Source: Verrucomicrobiota bacterium
GTDB taxonomy: Bacteria; Verrucomicrobiota; Verrucomicrobiia; Limisphaerales; SIBE01
Direction: 5' to 3'
NCBI GenBank assembly: GCA_016871535.1
Contig: VHCZ01000003.1
Location: 18,372-82,371, forward strand
Length of the DNA: 64,000 nucleotides
Positions 24,617-33,870 of this stretch are shown here, piece by piece. The translations under genes and the position numbers were made by a program. The notes below the pieces were generated by a model. The model was given only the letters and a program-made list of their open reading frames with translations, was not told where the DNA came from and made no database searches. Numbering within the stretch: position 1 is the first letter of the stretch; every line of letters starts with the position of its first letter.

Positions 24617-24730
24617 CCCTCTCCCCGCGAGGAAACGAGTCGGGAGAGAGGGGTTTCCTGGAAAATGAGAAGCGAGCCAACGCCCCTCCTCTCCCCAGCC
24701 CTCTCCTCCCTTCGGGAAGAGAGGGAGAAG
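24617..24730. repeat. CT-rich/GA-rich hairpins (family E)
   Basis: ccctctccccgcgaggaaacgagtcgggagagaggg, and cccctcctctccccagccctctcctcccttcgggaagagagggag. The latter is homologous to 50987-51027. Confidence 0.75.
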
Positions 24731-24804
24731 ATTTCGTTGACCGACAGTATTAATCGTACCCAGCTTGGCGGAGTCCTCGCGTCACCGCCGGTAGGACCGC
24801 GGAT

Positions 24805-24827
24805 AGAGTTCAACTCTGCGCTACGAG
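24805..24827. repeat. Partial family D end
   Basis: agagttcaactctgcgctacgag matches the right end of D1 and D2. Confidence 0.6.
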
Positions 24828-24842
24828 AGCAGCTTGGCTGAG

Positions 24843-25412
24843 TTACTTCGCGTTAACGTTCTCGGACATCTGATAAATGCACTTGCCGTTCGAGGCATAG
24901 TAGATCGCGCTGATCATCCGGCCGTCTCGGTAAGTGCGCTGGGATTTTGCGGTTCCGTCAGGCCAGTATTCCGCGACGCTGCCGTTGTGCGGGACCGCAT
25001 TGTCATGAATGTGAGGCAACTCTACCGCATGCGTCCGAGCTTCTTTCGGTGCGGGAGACTTGGGGCTTTTCTTACGAAGGCTTGGCCCTTGTTCTGAGGC
25101 CAGAATTCTCTCCTTCACGTTCCGAGCTTTCTCCTCGGCGCGCTCGGCTTCTTCGTGTCGCCCTTGCGCATGGAGTTCCTTGACGTGCTGCCGGAGTTGC
25201 AACAGGTGTTCTTTGGCTTGGGCCATCTCTGCCTTCCGCGGCACGCGGCCGTGGGCTTCCTTCAACTCGGTGATCTGATTCTTCAACTTGCTGGCCTGTT
25301 CCATTTGGCCAGCGGCAACCAGATCTTCCAATTTGGCGTGAAGTCGTTTGACGTGTTCCTGGTGCTCCGCGTGGATCACTTCCGCATCCTTACGTTCGGC
25401 AAATTGTCGCAT
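24843..25412 (-). CDS. Coiled-coil protein with C-terminal MORN-variant (YwqK-like) repeat
   Basis: ATG at 25412 (MRQFAERKDAEV...). Charged helical region. Tail NGSVAEYWPDGTAKSQRTYRDGRMISAIYYASNGKCIY. The ORF-track start at 25532 reads through repeat D1. Confidence 0.6.
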   Translation of the reverse strand: MRQFAERKDAEVIHAEHQEHVKRLHAKLEDLVAAGQMEQASKLKNQITELKEAHGRVPRKAEMAQAKEHLLQLRQHVKELHAQGRHEEAERAEEKARNVKERILASEQGPSLRKKSPKSPAPKEARTHAVELPHIHDNAVPHNGSVAEYWPDGTAKSQRTYRDGRMISAIYYASNGKCIYQMSENVNAK

Positions 25413-25430
25413 CCACGAGTTTGTCGGTGG

Positions 25431-25546
25431 CCGTAGCGCAGATTTCCAATCTGCTGTATCGCCGATTTGCAATCGGCATGGCGTCGGCAAGCTCCCAGGT
25501 CCGTGGACTTGTCGGCGGTTCGCAGAATGCAACTCTGCGCTACGAG
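25431..25546. repeat. Family D element, copy D1
   Basis: ccgtagcgcagatttccaatctgctgtatcgccgatttgcaatcggc...gcagaatgcaactctgcgctacgagg. Built from 6-bp-stem hairpins (gcagat-ttcca-atctgc, gccgat-ttgca-atcggc). Confidence 0.85.
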
Positions 25547-25575
25547 GACAGAATCACCGTAGCCCTACGGTCAGG

Positions 25576-25726
25576 TTTGATGGGAAGTTTCCTGTTCCTT
25601 TCGGACCTGGACTCGGCCATGAATCCGGCAGGGCGAGTCCGTCTCGTCGAGCCGTTCGACGTGCGTGGAACACGTCCGACTCGGCTCGCTGGGGACAGGC
25701 TCGCCCTACCGTCCGGTTCATGGGAA
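25576..25726. repeat. Family B core B3 (reverse orientation) with flanks
   Basis: tttgatgggaagtttcctgttcctttcggacctgg...catgaatccgg, then core cagggcgagtccgtctcgtcgagccg..cggctcgctggggacaggctcgccctac, then cgtccggttcatgggaag. Confidence 0.85.
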
Positions 25727-25756
25727 GGGCAGGCCGCGGGAAAAGCGACGGGCTAT

Positions 25757-26404
25757 TCAAGGCACTTCCAATCGCCTCAGCTCAATCGTCTGCCCGTCCA
25801 AATCGTAAATGGCGTAGGTGGCTTTCCGTTGCCCGTCGCGCGGATGGCCGACGCTTCCGACGTTCACGAAATATTGCCGGTTCGGCTCGATCTTGAACTT
25901 CGTGTAGCTGCCGCCCCGAACGGTGGTGTCCCGCACAAAAACCACCGGCACATGGGTGTGCCCGAAGAAACAAACCGGCGTCGTCTGATGATCGAATTGA
26001 AAACGCGCGGAGACGCGGTCGAACACGTAAGCCCATCGCCGCGGCTCGTTCAGGCTGGAGTGAACGATGGAGAAACCGTGCAACACTTCCACATAGGGTA
26101 GCGCACGCATCCAGGCGCGGTCGTCCTCCGTCAGTTGGTCGTGAGTCCATTGGATGTATTCCAGCGCCTTCGGATTCAAGCCCTCCGGGTGCGTCTCCAT
26201 GCAGCAGTACTCGTCGAAATTGCCCTTCACACAGGGGATGCCCAGGCGGCGGATGGCATCAACGCATTCTTTGGGCTGGCGGTTGTAGCCGACCAGGTCT
26301 CCCAGACACGCCAGGTGCGTGCAGTGGTGGGTTCGCGCGTCCTCCAGAACAGTTTCGAGCGCCTTGAGATTGGCGTGGATGTCAGCGAGGAGCGCGTATT
26401 TCAT
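25757..26404 (-). CDS. Metallophosphoesterase family protein (YfcE/MJ0936-like)
   Basis: ALLADIHAN, CLGDLVGY, KGNFDEY, FFGHTHVP and NVGSVGHPRDG motifs. Confidence 0.85.
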   Translation of the reverse strand: MKYALLADIHANLKALETVLEDARTHHCTHLACLGDLVGYNRQPKECVDAIRRLGIPCVKGNFDEYCCMETHPEGLNPKALEYIQWTHDQLTEDDRAWMRALPYVEVLHGFSIVHSSLNEPRRWAYVFDRVSARFQFDHQTTPVCFFGHTHVPVVFVRDTTVRGGSYTKFKIEPNRQYFVNVGSVGHPRDGQRKATYAIYDLDGQTIELRRLEVP

Positions 26405-26435
26405 GCACGCCGGCTAGACTAGGACTAGACTAGGA

Positions 26436-27632
26436 CTAGTTCCGCGCCGCAGGCATTTCGGCGATGCGGATTCGGCGGAAGGAAAGATCGGTCGTCGGAT
26501 CGTGGCCTTGCAAGCTGATGACGCCGGGCTGGGCGCGGTAACCCTGGCGCGCGTTTTCATTCGGAGCGCGTGTGTCCGTGAAGTCGCTGACCTGGATTCC
26601 GTTGATCCACACCGCCATGTGCGGCCCGTGGGCCACGATGGTCTTGGTGAACCATTCGCCGTCGCTCGAAACAACTCGCCGAGCCGGCTGGCGATTGTAA
26701 ATCCCGCCGGTGCCGTAATCGACCGGTTTAGTGCGGTCGTCACCCTGCCATTGATTGCGAATCTGGCTTTCGTAACCGCTCCAGAATTGGCCGGCCAGCG
26801 CGCGGAAAAAGACGCCGCTGTTCAAGTGCTTGCCGTTGGAGATGATGTCGAGCTGGAAGGTGAAATCGCCGTAAGCCGCTTCCGTCTGCAAATCGCCGTT
26901 TCCGTTCTTGACGTTAAGCCGGCCCTCCGGCGTCACAGAGTACACCGACTTGCGGCCCGGGATTTCTTTCCAGCCGGTGAGGTCTTTGCCGTTGAAAAGG
27001 CTGCTCAGGCGAATCGGCTGCAAACGGAGGTTGCGGAATTTCAATTCGCCCTGGCCGTTGTATTGGAGCGCGAGGGTGCCGCGCGCTTGTTTGGGATCAT
27101 TCTTCGCCACCAGTTTTTCGCCATCCAGCCCGACAACCAGATATTGCTGGTCGGTCATGATGTCGAACCGGCACCAGCGGCCCACGGTAGGAACTTTTTT
27201 CGTGGCGCGCGCCACTTCATTGATGCTGCCGGTCGGCCACTTGTCGTGCTTGTCGTAAATGTTCACCTCGTAAGCATTGGTCGCGGTGATGGCTCCGGCG
27301 GGCGGGCAACGGAGAAACACGCCGCTGTTCGCGGTGTCGTCGATCCAGAACTCGACGCTCAAATTGTAGTTCGCGAACTCGGTCGTCGTGCTCAAGTAAC
27401 CGATGCCGCTCCCTGGGACGGCCTGGATCGTGCCGTCGGTCACGGTCCATTTGGCATCGCCGCGCGGCGCCCAGCCGAACTGCGTTTCGCCGTCGAAGAG
27501 CAGAAGCCAGCCTTGGGAGGCTTCATTGGGGGTGAGCGTGTTCGGTTTGCGCTCCGCGGCCAGAGCAGTCAGAGGCAAACAAATCGCTCCGGTGAAGAGG
27601 ATGAACCAGATTGAATTCGTTGATTTCTTCAT
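26436..27632 (-). CDS. Secreted protein with two DUF1080 (3-keto-disaccharide hydrolase-like) domains
   Basis: ATG at 27632 gives the signal peptide MKKSTNSIWFILFTGAICLPLTALAA. Two similar halves with GW..L.NG..L..W and NSGVF(L/F)R motifs. The ORF-track start at 28109 is too far upstream. Confidence 0.8.
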   Translation of the reverse strand: MKKSTNSIWFILFTGAICLPLTALAAERKPNTLTPNEASQGWLLLFDGETQFGWAPRGDAKWTVTDGTIQAVPGSGIGYLSTTTEFANYNLSVEFWIDDTANSGVFLRCPPAGAITATNAYEVNIYDKHDKWPTGSINEVARATKKVPTVGRWCRFDIMTDQQYLVVGLDGEKLVAKNDPKQARGTLALQYNGQGELKFRNLRLQPIRLSSLFNGKDLTGWKEIPGRKSVYSVTPEGRLNVKNGNGDLQTEAAYGDFTFQLDIISNGKHLNSGVFFRALAGQFWSGYESQIRNQWQGDDRTKPVDYGTGGIYNRQPARRVVSSDGEWFTKTIVAHGPHMAVWINGIQVSDFTDTRAPNENARQGYRAQPGVISLQGHDPTTDLSFRRIRIAEMPAARN

Positions 27633-28214
27633 AGCCCGGGAAGGGGTCGAGTTTTCGATGTTGTCTTGAAGAGAGATGTTTTCGGTTTCGCGGAGGAAAT
27701 GCAATGCTTCGTTTGGGATTGAGCGTGTGCTTGTGGGGCAAGCCAGGGATGCTACGGTGCCCTCCGACCTGGCTTCAGCAAGTCTGAACAGGATCGAAAA
27801 AATACGCAGGCGTCTGGAAGCGTTGTCCTCCCGCGCTCCAACGCCGCTTGCCCTCGCCGGTTGCGAACTGGCCGCGATTTCATCAATCCGTCGCCGACGT
27901 GCTGCTCCGAATCGTCTCTTCGGAATGCCATCGAACCGATCTGAACGGATATCGGCTGCCACGCGAAGTCCATCAGGCGATCGCAGCGTTGAGCGAAAGG
28001 CTCGCGGCGACGAACGCGCAAGGCCGCGCTTTCCCTGCGGAGTCCATTGTCCGCTATGTGCTGGCACTGGGTGAACTAGGTCGAGGGGCCGAGAGATCAG
28101 TTCCGGCATTGATTATTGGGCGACGAGAATCGAAATGTCGCGGACCGGGCGAGAAAGGCCCTTCAGGAAATCGCTCCGGAAATCGAGGTTTCTCGCTGAG
28201 CTCTGGCGTGGCGT

Positions 28215-29183
28215 CTATACTGAATGCCGCTCCGCCGCTCGCGGATCAAAAGCGTCGCGCAGGCCATCGCCGATGAAATTCAAGGCGAGCAAGACCGACG
28301 CGAGAAAGCCGCCGGGAAATACGATCAGCCACCAGTAAATCCGAATCGGATTGATCTGCGACGCCCCCTCTGCGATCAGCGACCCCAGGCTGGCCTGCGG
28401 CGGCTGGATGCCCAAACCCAGAAAGCTCAGGAACGATTCGTAAAGAATGATCGAAGGCACGGAAAGCATCAGATAAACGACGATCACCCCATACACGTTG
28501 GGCAAAATGTGCCGGAAGATAATCCGCGTCGTGGTCGCCCCCAGCGCAACGCTCGCGAGGATAAAATCCTGCTGGCGCAACGAGAGCACCTGGCCCCGCA
28601 CGATGCGCGCCATCGTGAGCCATGACACGGCGCCGAGCCCGGCGAACAGAAACAACATCCGCCCCATCGACGCGGCTTCCGGAGAAAAGACCTTCGCGAG
28701 CCAACTCTTGAATAATTCCTCCAGCGTGGTGATCAGCACGATGACAAAGACAATCGACGGCGTCGCATACAGGATATCCACGATCCGCATCATGATTTGA
28801 TCGCACCGTCCGCCCAGATATCCGGCTACCGCGCCCCACAATACGCCGATGAACAAGCTGACGCCTGCGCCCACCAACCCCACGAGCAGTGAAATCCGCG
28901 CGCCATAAACGATCCGGCTCAGCAGGTCGCGGCCATGGACGTCCGTGCCGAACCAATGGGTGGAGCCAGGCGGCTGGAACTGGGCGTCCGACAGCGCGAG
29001 GGGAGAATGCCGCATTCCCGAAGGCAGCCCGGAAGCGATGCGGGCCGTGTTGAAGATGGGCCAACACAAGATCAAGACGATGATGAGGCCGAGAAACCAG
29101 GCGCCGCCGCACGCTGCGCGGTTCGCTTTGAATCGGCGCCACGCGGCCTGGCCGGGGCTCAGGTGCAAATCAGCGCTCCTCAT
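28215..29183 (-). CDS. Peptide-type ABC transporter permease (OppC/DppC-like)
   Basis: N-terminal OppC-type region, six TM segments and an EAA-like loop (ASVALGATTTRIIFRHILPN). ATG at 29183 overlaps the upstream gene end by 14 nt. Confidence 0.88.
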   Translation of the reverse strand: MRSADLHLSPGQAAWRRFKANRAACGGAWFLGLIIVLILCWPIFNTARIASGLPSGMRHSPLALSDAQFQPPGSTHWFGTDVHGRDLLSRIVYGARISLLVGLVGAGVSLFIGVLWGAVAGYLGGRCDQIMMRIVDILYATPSIVFVIVLITTLEELFKSWLAKVFSPEAASMGRMLFLFAGLGAVSWLTMARIVRGQVLSLRQQDFILASVALGATTTRIIFRHILPNVYGVIVVYLMLSVPSIILYESFLSFLGLGIQPPQASLGSLIAEGASQINPIRIYWWLIVFPGGFLASVLLALNFIGDGLRDAFDPRAAERHSV

Positions 29184-30141
29184 AGCGCACGCGCGGATCC
29201 AGCCAGGCGTAAGCCAGATCCACAATCAGATTCAGAACCAGCAGCAAGACCGCATAGAGAAGGACCAGGCCCACGGCCAGCGTGTAGTCTTTGTTCAGCG
29301 AACTGTTCACCATGAGGACGCCAATGCCAGGGAGCTGAAAAATCGTTTCGACCACGAACGACCCGGTCAGCAGATCGGCGAGCAACGGTCCTGAATAGGA
29401 CACCACCGGCAAGACCGCGTTGGGAAAGGCGTGCCGCCAGAGCACCGCGGCTTCGCTGAGCCCCTTCGCGCGCGCCATCAGGATGTACGGGGCGGGGAGC
29501 GTGTTGAGCATGCCCTCGCGCATCAGCCTCGAAATGCGCCCGGCGAAAAATAGTCCCAAGGTGATCGTCGGCAAGATCGCGTGCAGTGGCGACCCCCACA
29601 AAGCGACTGGAAACCATTTGAGTTCGATGGCGAAGAGCATCGCCAGCACCGGTCCGACGACGAGCGCGGGAACGCACACGGCCAGGAACGCAAAAAAGCT
29701 TGCGGCGTATTCGTCCCAGTACCCTTTGCGGACCGCCGTGTAAACCCCTAGCGGAATCCCGATCCCCATCGCCAGACAAAAGGCCAGCGCGCCGATCGCC
29801 AGCGACACCGGGAGTCCCTGGGCAATGATCTCGTTGACCGTGTGATTGCGGTGTTTGAGCGAAGGTCCCAGATCGCCTCGGATCAACCCGCCCTGGAAGA
29901 GCTGAAGTTTCCCATCGTTGAACTCCCAACCCACGCCGAGGTAGCGCAGATATTGTTTCCAGACCGGTTCATCGAGGTGAAATTTCGCTTTGAGCGCCCG
30001 TTCAATTTCCGGCGAAGCCGGCGCACGATCTCTATCGAACGGCCCGCCCGGCGCCACCCGGACCAGGACAAACGCGAGCAGGCTGATGATCAGGAGCAAC
30101 GGGATCATCAACAGGAATCGCGTCAGGAAATACCAGCGCAT
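29170..30141 (-). CDS. Peptide-type ABC transporter permease (OppB/DppB-like)
   Basis: MRWYFLTRFLLMIPLLLIISLLAFVLVRVAPGGPF, and EAA-like MARAKGLSEAAVLWRHAFPN. Confidence 0.9.
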   Translation of the reverse strand: MRWYFLTRFLLMIPLLLIISLLAFVLVRVAPGGPFDRDRAPASPEIERALKAKFHLDEPVWKQYLRYLGVGWEFNDGKLQLFQGGLIRGDLGPSLKHRNHTVNEIIAQGLPVSLAIGALAFCLAMGIGIPLGVYTAVRKGYWDEYAASFFAFLAVCVPALVVGPVLAMLFAIELKWFPVALWGSPLHAILPTITLGLFFAGRISRLMREGMLNTLPAPYILMARAKGLSEAAVLWRHAFPNAVLPVVSYSGPLLADLLTGSFVVETIFQLPGIGVLMVNSSLNKDYTLAVGLVLLYAVLLLVLNLIVDLAYAWLDPRVRYEER

Positions 30142-30150
30142 CGGACGAAT

Positions 30151-30337
30151 CGTAAGGCGTAAAACGTAAAACGTAAAACGTAACGAATGCGGCTTCGTAA
30201 TCCCCGTTGCGAAGGCCGGTGGGGCGAGTGTCCTCGCGAGCCAAATTCAATCGAACTCTGCGATGGACCGGCTCGGCAGGAGTCCTCGCCCCACCAAGAC
30301 CGAGGCATTACCTCCGACTTACGTTTTACGTTTTACG
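30151..30337. repeat. Inverted CGTAAAA heptad arrays flanking a GTGG-headed palindrome, between oppA-like and oppB-like genes
   Basis: 30151-30185: cgtaagg cgtaaaa cgtaaaa cgtaaaa cgtaacg. 30319-30337: ttacg ttttacg ttttacg. Centre: ggtggggcgagtgtcctcgcgagcc ... ggcaggagtcctcgccccacc. The oppA-like stop TAA lies inside a heptad. Confidence 0.85.
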
Positions 30338-31943
30338 GATTCCGGTCCGTTTGCTTCCAAATCGCCCGGAGCGGATGTTCGCCGCGGACGTTGGGATAGA
30401 CGCCTTGAATGCGCGTCGCGTCGTAGCCTTCCAAACCGGCGTAAACGTAGAGCGGCACGATGGGGACTTCGTCACGGATCAGGAGACCTTCGGCGGCTTG
30501 CAGCAATTGAGCCCGTTCCCGCCGGTCTATTTTGGCGTTGGCTTCGCGCAGGAGTTGGTCGTAGCGCGCGTTTTTCCAACCCGTCCGGTTGTTGCCGCTC
30601 GTGCTCAGGAACACGTCGAGAAACGTGTTTGCGTCGTTGTAATCGCCGATCCAACTGCTCCGGCAGACGTCGTAATCGAGCCGGGCTTGCGCATTCAGAT
30701 AAATCTGCGAGTCCAGATTGCGCAGTTCGACGTGAAGTCCCAGTTCGCGTTTCCAAAGAGCCTGGAGTTCGACCGCGATCTGTTCGTGGTTTTTGCCCGT
30801 GTTGTTGTACATGTAATGGAAGCGGGGAAAATTCTGGCCGCCCGGATAGCCGGCTTCGGCCAGCAAGCGCCGGGCTTCGGCAGGATTGAATTCAAGCCCC
30901 GGCGGCGGCGTATAATCCGGCACGCCGGGAGGCACCAGATGTTGCGCGACTTTTTCACCCGCCTTGAGGACTTTCGACACGATGTGCCGCTTGTCGATGG
31001 CCAGGGCGAGGGCTTTGCGGACGCGCACGTCATCGAACGGCTTCCGGGTCACGTTGAAGCGGATGAAATACGTGCCCAGATAGTCGGAGCTGTGAAAATC
31101 GGGGCGCCGGCGCAGGAGGTCCATCAATTCCAGCGGCATGAGCTCTTTGTCCCAAATAATGTCCGCCTGACCGGTTTCGTAGAGATTCAGCGCGGTGCTG
31201 GCGGAGGAACATCGCAGCAAGTCCACAAGGGGCGAGCGCGTATTCGCCGCGTCCCAGTAACGGGAATTCTTCCGAAGCCGAATCCTGTCGTTCAGCCGCC
31301 ACGCTGCCAATTCGTACGCGCCGCTGACGGGGACCGGATGAACCAGGACCCAGCGGTCGCCGTGTTTTTCAATCGCCTGCCGAGGAACGATTCCCAGCGC
31401 GGGCAGCGCGCAGAGATCCAGGAAGAACGGCGTGGGATCGTTCAGTTCGACGCGAAAGGTGTGCAGTCCGACCGCCTTCAATCCGAGGGCGTCCGGTTCT
31501 TTGAGTTTGGCGGTTGCGAAGGCTTCGGCGTTTTTGATGTAAAACAACAAGCCCGAATACACGCAGCCCGTCGCGGGATCGAGGACGCGACGCCAGGTGT
31601 ACGTGGCGTCCGCGGCAGTAATCGGCTCGCCTGTGGACCACACAGCGTTGGTACGCAAATGGAACGTGTAAACGAGGCCATCGTGGGAAATGTCCCAGCG
31701 TTCCGCCAGGCCCGGCTCGGGTTTCGCGGTTTCGGCGTTGAAACGAGTCAGGCCTTCGAACAACGAAGCGACGATCCGTCCGTCCGCCACGGCGCTCACA
31801 AGGGCAGGGTCGAGCGACTCAGGTTCGGGTCCGTTAATGATGGTCAGGTCGGCTGGTTCTTCGAGACGCGCGCAACTGGCAAGGCAAGGGAGTAAAACGT
31901 AAAGCGCAAGGCGTAAAAGATGAATGTGAAGAGAGCTACGCAT
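30333..31943 (-). CDS. Peptide/nickel ABC transporter substrate-binding lipoprotein (family 5, OppA/DppA-like)
   Basis: ATG at 31943 gives MRSSLHIHLLRLALYVLLPCLASC, a lipobox-like sequence. The rest matches SBP family 5 over its full length. Confidence 0.88.
   Translation of the reverse strand: MRSSLHIHLLRLALYVLLPCLASCARLEEPADLTIINGPEPESLDPALVSAVADGRIVASLFEGLTRFNAETAKPEPGLAERWDISHDGLVYTFHLRTNAVWSTGEPITAADATYTWRRVLDPATGCVYSGLLFYIKNAEAFATAKLKEPDALGLKAVGLHTFRVELNDPTPFFLDLCALPALGIVPRQAIEKHGDRWVLVHPVPVSGAYELAAWRLNDRIRLRKNSRYWDAANTRSPLVDLLRCSSASTALNLYETGQADIIWDKELMPLELMDLLRRRPDFHSSDYLGTYFIRFNVTRKPFDDVRVRKALALAIDKRHIVSKVLKAGEKVAQHLVPPGVPDYTPPPGLEFNPAEARRLLAEAGYPGGQNFPRFHYMYNNTGKNHEQIAVELQALWKRELGLHVELRNLDSQIYLNAQARLDYDVCRSSWIGDYNDANTFLDVFLSTSGNNRTGWKNARYDQLLREANAKIDRRERAQLLQAAEGLLIRDEVPIVPLYVYAGLEGYDATRIQGVYPNVRGEHPLRAIWKQTDRNP
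31891..31918. repeat. CGTAAAA-type heptads inside the oppA-like signal-peptide coding region
   Basis: agtaaaa cgtaaag cgcaagg cgtaaaa. On the minus strand these encode LLRLALYVLL. Confidence 0.7.
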
Positions 31944-32001
31944 AGGGGCTACCGCATCTGGATTCCAACGACTCCCACGATCTTCTGACCGCACCATGAA
32001 T

Positions 32002-32088
32002 GGTAAGGACGCGTTCCACCGCGTCCCTGAGATCGCTTATTCGCTCGCTGAGCAGATAGTCAGGGACGGAGTGGAATCCGTCCTTACC
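32002..32088. repeat. Family C hairpin pair (REPIN-like)
   Basis: ggtaaggacgcgttccaccgcgtccctga ... tcagggacggagtggaatccgtccttacc. Confidence 0.85.
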
Positions 32089-32197
32089 AGGTTCAATGGA
32101 AAGTCCTGATGCTTGCGGCCGTGAATGCCCACAAACCGAAAATCGTGCTGAACGCAGTCTTCAGGCTCAGAATTCCTGCTCACGGCCTGTGAGCAAG

Positions 32198-32279
32198 GTA
32201 GGGCGAGTCCGTCCCGGCGAGCCACTCGACGAGCTTGGAACACGTCCAGTGCGGCTCGCTGCGGACAGGCTCGCCCTAC
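32198..32279. repeat. Family B core B4
   Basis: gtagggcgagtccgtcccggcgagcc...ggctcgctgcggacaggctcgccctac. Both GTAG heads are intact. Confidence 0.85.
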
Positions 32280-32281
32280 CG

Positions 32282-32558
32282 CTAGTGATGTGTCTCACAA
32301 ATGGCTGGAGTTATGCCGCAAGGGATTTTGGCCTCCCGCGAGGCGCGAGCGACGCGCATACCCCTGGTGGGTCTGTAAGGCGCGAGCAACGAAGCGGGAG
32401 GCCAAAAGACCTGCGGCCCGAAGGGTTGCGCCGAAAACGGTCTGGGGCTGCGTTGCTCCTCGGTCGCAGAGCACCGGGGCTATGCTCCCTTGTCGCGCCT
32501 TGCCCCAGGCCGTTTTGGGCGCAACATAACTCCAGCCATTCGTGAGACACATCACTAG
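32282..32558. repeat. Family F structured element, copy F2 (277 bp)
   Basis: Terminal inverted repeat: ctagtgatgtgtctcacaaatggctggagttatg versus cataactccagccattcgtgagacacatcactag. The right end contains the secG stop codon (cta at 32555-32557). Confidence 0.85.
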
Positions 32559-32995
32559 GGTTTCGCGGGGGGCGCTGTCGCTGCCGCAGGCGAGCTTGTC
32601 GTGGCCGTGATTGCGGGCAGATTCGTCAAAGTCTGCGGGGAAACGGGCAAAGACTGATTAGGCGCGCCGCTCAGGTCTCTCATGGGATTGGACTGGTCGG
32701 ACGCGGCGGCCTTCTTGCGCAGTTCCTCATCCAGGAGGCGTTTGCCCGCCTGGGCATGGCGCGAATTCATCAAGGAAAGGCTGAACGCCAACACGATAAA
32801 GACGGTCGCCGTATATTTGGTCATTTTGGTCAGCGCGTTGCCGGACCCGGCGCCAAACAGGGCGTCCGTCGCCCCTCCCCCGAAGGCCACGCCCGCGCCC
32901 GCTTCTTTCTTGGGCAGTTGAATCAGGATCAACAGCATCAACAGGAAACAGTCCACCACCATGATGAACGTCAGAAAACCAATCACTAAACTCAT
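32555..32995 (-). CDS. secG: Preprotein translocase subunit SecG
   Basis: [37 protein letters not shown], two TM segments, and an extended low-complexity C-terminus. Confidence 0.88.
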   Translation of the reverse strand: MSLVIGFLTFIMVVDCFLLMLLILIQLPKKEAGAGVAFGGGATDALFGAGSGNALTKMTKYTATVFIVLAFSLSLMNSRHAQAGKRLLDEELRKKAAASDQSNPMRDLSGAPNQSLPVSPQTLTNLPAITATTSSPAAATAPPAKP

Positions 32996-33007
32996 AGCAT
33001 CGTTCGG

Positions 33008-33772
33008 TTAAATCGAATTCTTCACAATGTCAGAAAACCCCCGGGCTTCCAACGAAGCGCCGCCCACCAAAGCTCCATCCACATCCGGCTGGCCCATGAT
33101 CTCGCGGGCATTGCCCGGTTTGACGCTGCCACCGTATTGGATTCGCACGCGTTTGGCAATCGCTCCATCGAACAACTCCGCCAGCGTTTTGCGAATGAAC
33201 GCGTGCGCTTGCTGGGCTTGCTGCGGCGTGGCATTGCGCCCCGTGCCGATGGCCCACACCGGTTCGTAAGCGAGGATCGTGTCGGCCATTTGCTCTTTGG
33301 CCAGTCCGGCCAGGCTGCCCCGGAGTTGCTTGCTCAATACGTCGTCCATTTTGCCGGCTTCGCGCTCCTGGAGCGTCTCCCCCACGCACACGATGGGTTT
33401 CAGCGACGCGGCATGCGCGGCGAGCGTCTTCTTGGCTACCAGCGCGTCGCTTTCCTGCTGATACTGCCGGCGCTCAGAGTGGCCGAGGATCACGTACCGG
33501 ACGGAGAACTCCTTGAGCATGCCCGCCGAAACTTCGCCGGTGTACGCGCCGCCGTTCTGCTCGCTCATGTTCTGCGCCCCCAGCCGAATATTGGAGTCCA
33601 GAATCTGCTTCGAAACCTCGCCCAACGCCGTGAACGGCGGGCAGACGACAAGGTCGATTTCCTTGACCGCGCCCAATTCCCGCTTCAAGCCCTGGACCAG
33701 GTCCAACGCCTCGGCGACGGTCTTATTCATCTTCCAATTGCCGGCAATAATGAGCTTGCGTTCCTTTTGCAT
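33008..33772 (-). CDS. tpiA: Triose-phosphate isomerase
   Basis: [28 protein letters not shown] and [10 protein letters not shown] motifs. Confidence 0.96.
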   Translation of the reverse strand: MQKERKLIIAGNWKMNKTVAEALDLVQGLKRELGAVKEIDLVVCPPFTALGEVSKQILDSNIRLGAQNMSEQNGGAYTGEVSAGMLKEFSVRYVILGHSERRQYQQESDALVAKKTLAAHAASLKPIVCVGETLQEREAGKMDDVLSKQLRGSLAGLAKEQMADTILAYEPVWAIGTGRNATPQQAQQAHAFIRKTLAELFDGAIAKRVRIQYGGSVKPGNAREIMGQPDVDGALVGGASLEARGFSDIVKNSI

Positions 33773-33789
33773 GGGACCGGGGCTAGATT

Positions 33790-33830
33790 CCCTCTCCCTG
33801 AGGGAGAGGGCCAGGGTGAGGGGAAAGGAT
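33790..33830. repeat. Family E hairpin
   Basis: ccctctccc-tga-gggagaggg followed by ccagggtgaggggaaagg. Confidence 0.7.
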
Positions 33831-33870
33831 GCGTTGTTGGGACTGTGAACTCATCGAATCTGCAAACGCG

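Noticed and set aside
27848-28276. 142-codon plus-strand ORF (TTG start) whose middle (LNGYRLPREVHQAIAALSERLAATNAQGRAFPAESIVRYVLALGEL) looks vaguely like a ribbon-helix-helix protein.
   Set aside because: It has no ATG. Its tail is long and low-complexity and overlaps the 3' end of the oppC-like gene on the other strand. Its third-position GC bias is only moderate. The evidence is not enough to call it. The 580-bp gap 27633-28214 otherwise has no supported feature.
30207-31895. 562-aa plus-strand ORF. The same applies to similar long ORFs at 8501-9604, 13592-14674, 26502-27614, 33829-35118, 48129-49535, 49536-50756, 52833-54080, 57304-58650 and 59760-61094.
   Set aside because: Each is antisense to a confidently identified gene (oppA-like, ffh, fba, DUF1080, pgk, speE-like, peptidase, dxr, M20). 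Each shows the Arg/Gly/His/Asp-rich composition of reverse-frame translation.
30319-31918. Idea that the inverted CGTAAAA arrays flanking the oppA-like gene define an invertible DNA segment.
   Set aside because: Inversion would flip nearly the whole coding sequence away from its start and signal peptide. No recombinase is nearby. The arrays are short and imperfect.
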